From Bacteroidota bacterium (GTDB lineage Bacteria > Bacteroidota > Bacteroidia > 2-12-FULL-35-15): a stretch of 64,000 bases of DNA. Shown piece by piece: positions 58,069-64,000 of the stretch; position 1 is the stretch's first letter, and each line of letters opens with the position of its first letter. The position numbers and the translations under genes are program-made. A model generated the notes under the pieces. That model was not told the origin of the DNA. It ran no database searches and saw only the letters and a program-made list of their open reading frames with translations. Where the stretch lies: contig PLYN01000041.1 in the NCBI GenBank assembly GCA_003151815.1, positions 9,919 through 73,918 of the forward strand, in the 5' to 3' direction.

Positions 58069-58161
58069 GCCCCCAACCCCTAAAGGGGAGAGGTGATAAT
58101 TTCAAAAAGAGTAAATTAATAATAAAACAATTCTTCTTCTCCCCTTTAGGGGCGGGGGCTT
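58067..58161. repeat. Near-perfect 24-bp inverted repeat filling the methyltransferase-ZIP intergenic gap
   Basis: aagcccccaacccctaaaggggag (58067-58090) versus the reverse complement of 58139-58161 = aagcccccgcccctaaaggggag (1 mismatch plus a 1-nt bulge; arms 24 and 23 nt). ~48-nt AT-rich loop. The left arm overlaps the TAA stop, and the right arm ends 5 nt before the ZIP ATG. Confidence 0.85.
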
Positions 58162-58165
58162 AAAA

Positions 58166-58882
58166 ATGAACTACTGGATGTATATTTTACTTTTTTTATC
58201 TGTTATCATCAGCGGATTGAGCGTGCTGTATGTAAACATAAGCGGTAAAAATTTAAAATTGATACTTTCGTTCAGTGGCTCCTTTTTATTTGCGATCTGT
58301 GCTTTACACCTCATCCCCGAAATATATTTAAGCGGTACACCCAACATCGGGGTTTTTATATTGATAGGTTTTTTCATTCAGATTTTATTGGAATTTTTCT
58401 CGGAAGGTATAGAACACGGACACATCCATATTCACAATCATGGGCGTAAAGACAATGCTTTTCCGTATGCGGTAATGATAGGGCTTTCCATACATTCTTT
58501 TTTAGAAGGGATGCCTCTTGCCAACATTGGCACACATTCGCATAACTCCTTATTGACTGGCATTGTAATGCATAACATACCCATTGCAATGGCATTGATG
58601 ACGATGCTTTTGAAATCTCATATCTCCAAACGAACTGCAATAATGTGGCTAATAGTTTTTGCATTAATTACACCATTAGGCACTTTTACAAGTTATGCCA
58701 TCGACACCAATATCATTGGAAACCTTTCCTCTTATTTTGACAGGATAATGGCGGTGGTAGTTGGTATTTTTCTTCATATTTCCACGACCATTCTTTTCGA
58801 ATCGAGCGAAAACCACCGTTTTAATCTCATTAAATTTGTGGTGATCTTATTAGGCGCCGGCTTTGCTGTAATGAGTTTATAG
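58166..58882 (+). CDS. ZIP-family divalent metal transporter
   Basis: 238 aa with ~8 TM helices. His-rich loop EHGHIHIHNHG, HNIPIAMAL and GIFLHISTTILFE are ZupT/ZIP-like. Confidence 0.75.
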   Translation: MNYWMYILLFLSVIISGLSVLYVNISGKNLKLILSFSGSFLFAICALHLIPEIYLSGTPNIGVFILIGFFIQILLEFFSEGIEHGHIHIHNHGRKDNAFPYAVMIGLSIHSFLEGMPLANIGTHSHNSLLTGIVMHNIPIAMALMTMLLKSHISKRTAIMWLIVFALITPLGTFTSYAIDTNIIGNLSSYFDRIMAVVVGIFLHISTTILFESSENHRFNLIKFVVILLGAGFAVMSL

Positions 58883-58910
58883 AAAACTCTATATCATACA
58901 ATTTAATTAG

Positions 58911-58918
58911 TAAATTTG
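58911..58918 (+). promoter_or_regulatory. Candidate -7 box TAAATTTG
   Basis: TAnnTTTG match 21 nt upstream of the ATG at 58940. Confidence 0.4.
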
Positions 58919-58939
58919 TATTAAATAATCATTCCACAA

Positions 58940-59176
58940 ATGACAAAAACAGCCATAAAAAAGGAATTACACAAAGCCATTGATATTGTTGAGAGCGAAC
59001 AACTATTAAAAGCTATCTATATGATTTTGAACGAAGAGCTAAAAAACACAAAGCAAGCAATTAAACCTTTTACTTTGGATGAGTTTTATGCCCGTAATAC
59101 TCAATCGCAAAAAGAAATCAAACAAGGCAAACTCATAGAGCATAAAAGTGTAAGAATAAAATACGGTACAAAATAA
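58940..59176 (+). CDS. Small hypothetical protein, antitoxin-like by size and gene overlap
   Basis: 78 aa, helical/charged. Its TAA overlaps the next ATG (TAATG), a typical toxin-antitoxin junction. No motif recognised. Confidence 0.45.
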   Translation: MTKTAIKKELHKAIDIVESEQLLKAIYMILNEELKNTKQAIKPFTLDEFYARNTQSQKEIKQGKLIEHKSVRIKYGTK

Positions 59177-59385
59177 TGAAGAAGGTAAAAATATATGTAA
59201 CTACAAACATATTAGGCATAAGGCGGCTGAAAGAAAAATACTCATATATAAAGCCGACTGTCTTTTCAACATTTGACTATTTAGCTCAAATTAGCTTCTT
59301 TTTTCTCCACTCAAAATTGTATATTTGGTCGATTAAAAAAAATGGAAAGAGAACGGGCGAAAGTCATTATACAGAATTTAGTTGA
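59176..59385 (+). pseudogene. Possible relic of a truncated toxin gene (or a non-coding ORF)
   Basis: 69-aa ORF with a protein-unlike sequence after the first ~10 codons. It contains the candidate promoter of the RM gene and overlaps the RM start by 44 nt. Confidence 0.25.
59320..59327 (+). promoter_or_regulatory. Candidate -7 box TATATTTG for the type IIG RM operon
   Basis: TAnnTTTG match 14 nt upstream of the ATG at 59342, followed by an A8 tract. Confidence 0.5.
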
Positions 59386-62179
59386 TCGCTTTGCGGAACA
59401 CCGCAAGGATTATCATTTGCCCGAATATAATGAGCAAAAGACAAGACAAGATTTTATAAATCCTTTTTTTAAAGCACTTGGTTGGGACATCGACAATGAA
59501 AAAGGAGCATCCGAAGCATATCGTGAAGTAATATACGAAGACAAAGTTATCGTTCGTGGAAAATCAAAAGCGCCTGATTATGGTTTTCGTTTGTCGGGGA
59601 GCGCAAAGAAAAGATTATTTTTTGTAGAAGCGAAAAAACCTTCCGTTCCTCTTAAAACCAATAGAGAAGCCGCATACCAATTAAGACGCTATGGAAGTAG
59701 CGCACAAGCGTTTGTTTCTATCCTCACGAATTTCGAAGACTTTATTATTTACGACTGTACAAAAGTTCCTAATCTGAATGATAGTACAACCGTTGCGCGT
59801 TTGAAACATATTTCTTTTGAAGATTACATAAAGGAATTTGATTTTATTTACGACACTTTTTCACACGAAGGAGTTACCAAAGGGCGTTTCGACAATTTTG
59901 TTAAAAGTATAGCAACAAAAAAAGGAACGGACACCCTTGATAAACGTTTCGTTAAAAGCCTTGATGAATGGCGATTGTATCTTGCAAAAAGTATTGCATA
60001 TAACAACAGAAAAATAAATGATGAAGAATTAAACTTTGCGGTTCAACAAACAATCGACCGCTTAATTTTTCTACGCTTTTGTGAAGACCGCGCAGTAGAA
60101 CCCGAAAATCAATTACAAAAAGCTGTTTCAAAAGGCGATTCATATAAAAACCTAATCGACCTTTTTAAACAAGCCGATGATAAATACAATTCCGGACTAT
60201 TCGATTTTGAGAAAGATGTAATCACACCAAATCTTAAAATTGACAGCAAGGTTTTAAAAATTGTTATCAATGAACTCTATTACCCACTTTGCAATTTCGA
60301 TTTCCGTGTTATGCCCGTGGAAGTGCTGGGCAATGCGTATGAGCAGTTTCTTGGAAAAGTAATACGAATTACGCCTGCACGAAGTGTAAAAATTGAAGAG
60401 AAACCCGAAGTCCGTAAAGCAGGTGGAGTATTTTATACACCTCAATATATTGTTGAATACATTGTAAAAAATACAGTTGGTAAACTCATTGATGGAAAAA
60501 CTCCAAAAGAAATTGAAACGATAACAATCGTTGATCCCGCTTGCGGAAGCGGTTCGTTTTTGGTAGGCGCATTTGAATATATACTTAATCATCATATCAA
60601 CTGGTATCACCAAAAAGGATATGCTACAAAAAAGGGCAAAGACAATCCATTCACGCCACAAGGCACATTAACAACACACGAAAAAAAACGCATCTTAACC
60701 AATAATATTTTTGGTGTTGATTTGGATTCCAACGCCGTTGAAGTAACAAAATTAAGTTTGCTTTTAAAATGTATGGAAGGCGAAACAGAAGCATCTATCA
60801 AACAACAAATAAGCTTATTTCACGAAAGAGTTTTACCTAATCTTGACGATAATATAAAAAGCGGCAACAGTTTAATTGACACTGATATTTATGATAGCGA
60901 CATTGATTTAGGTTATGAGCAAAAAATAAAACCTTTCTCTTGGAAAAAAGGATTTCCACAAGTATTTAAACAAGGAGGATTTGATGTTGTAATTGGAAAT
61001 CCGCCTTATGGTGCAGCATTTTCAAAAGATGAAACGAAATATTTTATAGAGCGATACAAACTCCAAAATTACCAACTTGATAGTTATTTTCTTTTCATTG
61101 AAAAATCACTTAATATTTTACAACCTAAAGCACTATTAGGCTTTATCATTCCAAACACTTGGTTATTAAATTTAAAAACAGCAAAAATCCGACAATACCT
61201 TTTTTCAAAAACTGAAATTATAAATATTGTTCATTACCAAAATCCAGTTTTTGAACAAGCTGTTGTTGACACAGAAATAATGATATTCAGAAATACTTCT
61301 CCAAACAAAACACACAATATTGAAGTTGAAATATTTGATAAGAAAAATGAAAAAAGTGAAAGAAAAATAAGACAACAAAATTGGATTGATGCAAATGGTG
61401 AATCCGTAAATATTCTTGATACTGAAAAAACCCGTTCAATAAAAAGCAAATTTTCTAAACTCCCTATATTAGATGTTCTCTGCAAAATAACACAGGGAAC
61501 TAAACCATTTCAAGTTGGAAAGGGAATTCCTAAACAGACACAAAAAATTGTTGATGACAAAACTTTTGTTTCAGAAAAAAAAATTGACAAATTTTTCAAA
61601 CCTCTTTTGCGAGGAAGTTTAATGAATCGTTATCGAATAAATTGGAATAATAATTACTATATAAAGTTTGGAGATTGGCTTGCCGAACCACGTTATTCTG
61701 CGAATTATGATGCAGAAGAAAAAATAATTATTAGACAAACAGGAGACCATCTGAATGCAACTCTTGATACAAAACAATTTATTGTTCGGGATAATCTTTA
61801 TACAATTACTTCTACTGATAAAGAAATTAATTTGCGTTACATTCTTGGTTTAATAAATTCTAAATTTTTTAATTGGTACTATCAAAATATTATCAATCCT
61901 GAAAAGGGGGAAGCCCTTGCTCAGGTAAAACGTGGGCATATAGCACAACTGCCAATCAAAATAACTGCTAAAAAGGAAATAACCGTTCAATCCGAGATTA
62001 TAAAACACGTTGATTTACTTTTAAAATTGAACGAAGAAATAAAAGAAGAAAAACTTCAAACTAAAGTTGATCAAATAAAACAACGCATTGAACATAGCGA
62101 AGAAAAAATAAATCAACTGGTTTATGAGTTGTATGAGTTAACACCGGAGGAAATTAAAATTGTGGAGGGGGAAAATTAA
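59342..62179 (+). CDS. Type IIG restriction-modification enzyme (fused PD-(D/E)xK nuclease + gamma-class N6-adenine methyltransferase + TaqI-like specificity domain; Eco57I-like family)
   Basis: 945 aa. N-terminal FINPFFKALGWD...KAPDYGFRL...FFVEAKKPS (D...E-x-K nuclease). Methyltransferase motif I VDPACGSGSFLVGA and motif IV VVIGNPPYGAAF. C-terminal ...YILGLINSKFFNWYYQ is typical of the TaqI-like TRD. Confidence 0.85.
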   Translation: MERERAKVIIQNLVDRFAEHRKDYHLPEYNEQKTRQDFINPFFKALGWDIDNEKGASEAYREVIYEDKVIVRGKSKAPDYGFRLSGSAKKRLFFVEAKKPSVPLKTNREAAYQLRRYGSSAQAFVSILTNFEDFIIYDCTKVPNLNDSTTVARLKHISFEDYIKEFDFIYDTFSHEGVTKGRFDNFVKSIATKKGTDTLDKRFVKSLDEWRLYLAKSIAYNNRKINDEELNFAVQQTIDRLIFLRFCEDRAVEPENQLQKAVSKGDSYKNLIDLFKQADDKYNSGLFDFEKDVITPNLKIDSKVLKIVINELYYPLCNFDFRVMPVEVLGNAYEQFLGKVIRITPARSVKIEEKPEVRKAGGVFYTPQYIVEYIVKNTVGKLIDGKTPKEIETITIVDPACGSGSFLVGAFEYILNHHINWYHQKGYATKKGKDNPFTPQGTLTTHEKKRILTNNIFGVDLDSNAVEVTKLSLLLKCMEGETEASIKQQISLFHERVLPNLDDNIKSGNSLIDTDIYDSDIDLGYEQKIKPFSWKKGFPQVFKQGGFDVVIGNPPYGAAFSKDETKYFIERYKLQNYQLDSYFLFIEKSLNILQPKALLGFIIPNTWLLNLKTAKIRQYLFSKTEIINIVHYQNPVFEQAVVDTEIMIFRNTSPNKTHNIEVEIFDKKNEKSERKIRQQNWIDANGESVNILDTEKTRSIKSKFSKLPILDVLCKITQGTKPFQVGKGIPKQTQKIVDDKTFVSEKKIDKFFKPLLRGSLMNRYRINWNNNYYIKFGDWLAEPRYSANYDAEEKIIIRQTGDHLNATLDTKQFIVRDNLYTITSTDKEINLRYILGLINSKFFNWYYQNIINPEKGEALAQVKRGHIAQLPIKITAKKEITVQSEIIKHVDLLLKLNEEIKEEKLQTKVDQIKQRIEHSEEKINQLVYELYELTPEEIKIVEGEN

Positions 62180-63454
62180 GTGATGGATGGATTAACAATC
62201 AACCCTTGGGACGAACATAATATGAAACGTTTAAAAGCTATTTCAGAAATAGACAAAGGAATAGATGAAATTTTAAAAATCGAAAACTTGGATATAATTA
62301 GTTATGAAGATTTGACTGCTCTTTTTTTTAATCTTTTCGAGATGTTTCCAATGAATACTATTTCTTTAAAAAAAGAATTTTACAAAGATTTTAAAGTGTA
62401 TCGTGTAAGACCATTTGATGAAGAATTTGAAATTACTAATCCGAATATTTTTAGTTGTCCTCCTTGGAATGAGGATATAGGTATTGGCAGAGCGAATTGG
62501 AGAAAGAGAAATGTATTGTATGGAAGTGATTCGCCTCATACCGCTTTAAAAGAAATTAAAGAAACTTCTGTAGGAAAAGATTTCTATATTTCAAAATGGG
62601 GAATTGATTATAGTAAACTTAATGTGGATAAAATTAATATAGCAACATTACTATTTAAAAATATTCCAGAAAATAATAATTGGGACTTATGGAATGAAGA
62701 CTATAATAAAACCATTAAAGAATTAAACTCACAAATTGGAATTGAGGCAAGTGAAAAGTTAATTCATTTACATAAAAAAATCAACAATTTGTTTGTTGAA
62801 AAAGATAAGAATAAATATCCAATCACGGCATTTATAGCAGACCAAATAATTTATTTTAAAAAAAATACTTCCGAAGAAATCTATTTTCCTATACTTATTT
62901 ATCCAAGTGTAGAATCAGAAAATAAAACTGTCAATTTTGCAATACATCCATTCTTTACAGAGAAATATATGCGTCTTGAAAAAGTAATTCATATAAAATT
63001 GAATGAGAAATATCCCAATCATTTTAAAGTTGGTTTTGAAAAAATTGGGTTTTGCAATAAAGAAAACATTGTGGAATGGTATACGTTTTCTCCTGATTTT
63101 TCAAAGACTTTATATGATATTAAATCCTTAAATTGCAATTCATGTGGAAAGAAAATCGACTTGAATGATATTGATAAAATCATTTTTAAAAAAGATAATA
63201 AAGCAATAACTCACGGTGAAATTATTGCAAACTACTTTAAAGAGCAAGATTATTCTGACTTTTATAATCTCGATGATATTGACATTATGAATGATGATGG
63301 AATAGCTGTAGGAATGGATTTGAAATTCTCTGCTATTCCATTAAAAAATATTGTGGCAACGGTGAAAGACGAAGATCATACAAATTTAACTATGGATATA
63401 AATGTTAAACAACCTTATCTATATAAAAATTTCCAAAAAACATCAATAAGCTAA
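62180..63454 (+). CDS. RES-domain-like protein with an uncharacterised ~160-aa C-terminal extension
   Basis: 424 aa. The GTG at 62180 abuts the RM stop (an ATG follows at 62183). YRVRP...GIGRANWRKRNVLYGSDSPHTALKEI (R104, Y114, E125) and ILIYPSVESENKTVNFAIHP (S243) follow the R-E-S / GRxN..vlY..s...A..E / vPS.....N.v..P pattern of RES domains. Judged by eye only. Confidence 0.6.
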   Translation: MMDGLTINPWDEHNMKRLKAISEIDKGIDEILKIENLDIISYEDLTALFFNLFEMFPMNTISLKKEFYKDFKVYRVRPFDEEFEITNPNIFSCPPWNEDIGIGRANWRKRNVLYGSDSPHTALKEIKETSVGKDFYISKWGIDYSKLNVDKINIATLLFKNIPENNNWDLWNEDYNKTIKELNSQIGIEASEKLIHLHKKINNLFVEKDKNKYPITAFIADQIIYFKKNTSEEIYFPILIYPSVESENKTVNFAIHPFFTEKYMRLEKVIHIKLNEKYPNHFKVGFEKIGFCNKENIVEWYTFSPDFSKTLYDIKSLNCNSCGKKIDLNDIDKIIFKKDNKAITHGEIIANYFKEQDYSDFYNLDDIDIMNDDGIAVGMDLKFSAIPLKNIVATVKDEDHTNLTMDINVKQPYLYKNFQKTSIS

Positions 63455-63841
63455 ATGAGCATAGCACTCCGCATAAAAGATTGTATTGACAACCATGATA
63501 AGTATGTTGCCATTATGGCTACAATGCCTGATAAAAAATTATCAGAAAAATTGGATGTAATTAATATGCAAGCGATAATTGCAGAGAAAACTAAAAATAC
63601 CGGTTCATTGGAATTGCTTGAAGTTTGGTGGCGACAAGTAGTTGAAGCCCGCATTTATAAAGCGGAAAATAAAATTCCCGATGCGCCAAATGAAATTGAA
63701 GAAGCCATTAAGGACATAGAAACTTTTGTAAGCAAAACGGAAGAACGTCAGGAAATATTAACTGAGTTTAACAATCCTGTAAAACAATCTCTCCCAAAAG
63801 TTCAGCAACAAAAGGATGATAGCCAATTATCTTTGTTTTAA
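63455..63841 (+). CDS. Hypothetical 128-aa protein, third gene of the RM/RES operon
   Basis: The ATG directly abuts the RES-gene TAA (63452-63454). Predicted helical with an acidic/Gln-rich tail. No motif recognised. Confidence 0.6.
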   Translation: MSIALRIKDCIDNHDKYVAIMATMPDKKLSEKLDVINMQAIIAEKTKNTGSLELLEVWWRQVVEARIYKAENKIPDAPNEIEEAIKDIETFVSKTEERQEILTEFNNPVKQSLPKVQQQKDDSQLSLF

Positions 63842-63937
63842 CCAAAGCTTCCATAAAAGGTTCATACATCTCATCTGCTCCAAAAGCCAATTGAATTTCA
63901 AAATTTTATCCATACCTGCCCATCAAATTATTATTAT

Positions 63938-63945
63938 TATATTTG
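63938..63945 (+). promoter_or_regulatory. Candidate -7 box TATATTTG for the next gene
   Basis: TAnnTTTG match 33 nt upstream of the ATG at 63979. Confidence 0.4.
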
Positions 63946-63978
63946 CGCCCGCCTTTAAAGGCATTAGAAATAAATAAA

Positions 63979-64000
63979 ATGGATAAAAATTCAATAATTG
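63979..64000 (+). CDS. Start of an unidentified CDS running off the window end
   Basis: atggataaaaattcaataattg (MDKNSII...) follows a promoter-like box. Only 7 codons are visible. Confidence 0.3.

Noticed and set aside
63451-63654. 67-aa minus-strand ORF overlapping the RES gene / third gene junction
   Set aside because: It is antisense to two tightly coupled plus-strand genes and has no start context.
1-64000. Search for rRNA, tRNA, CRISPR arrays, transposases, integrases and prophage genes
   Set aside because: I saw none. No intergenic region shows a cloverleaf-like GC pattern (the only GC-rich gap, 32195-32345, lacks a T-arm GGTTCGAAT-type motif). No repeat-spacer array and no recombinase-like ORF is present.

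Overview
This is a low-GC Bacteroidota chromosomal segment. Supporting signs are sprA, gldF/gldG, two proteins with T9SS C-terminal sorting domains, and TAnnTTTG-type -7 promoter boxes. All protein calls were made by eye from the ORF-track translations; no searches were run. Small-motif coordinates are hand-counted and may be off by 1-2 nt.

About 50 CDSs look credible:
- Housekeeping genes: mscL, icd, lhgO, dnaN, cobB, maeB, ruvA, gcvH, gmd, fcl.
- A porin-pstS-pstC-pstA-pstB phosphate-uptake operon.
- A TolC/RND/adaptor efflux operon.
- PPK2, and a type-III P-type ATPase with a repeat-expanded C-terminal tail.
- gldF-gldG-DUF4340, the ~2440-aa T9SS translocon gene sprA, and several TPR-rich proteins.

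I saw no rRNA, tRNA, CRISPR array, transposase or integrase.

Accessory and unusual content:
1. At the right end (59.3-63.8 kb), three zero-gap genes encode an intact-looking type IIG restriction-modification enzyme, a 424-aa protein with a RES-domain-like core (NAD+-targeting toxin fold), and a 128-aa orphan. This is my best candidate for an undescribed defence module.
2. At 10.96-12.62 kb, a mazEF pair and an orphan gene are each followed by ~170-bp hairpin repeats with GCAnnTAAC...GTTAnnTGC ends. The layout resembles integron cassettes without an integrase.
3. Two genes carry duplicated termini: a frameshifted relic of the ATPase 3' end, and a decoy copy of the ruvA 5' end.
4. A modular family of small intergenic repeats occurs at several loci. 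In two adjacent genes the repeat begins exactly at the TAG stop codon.
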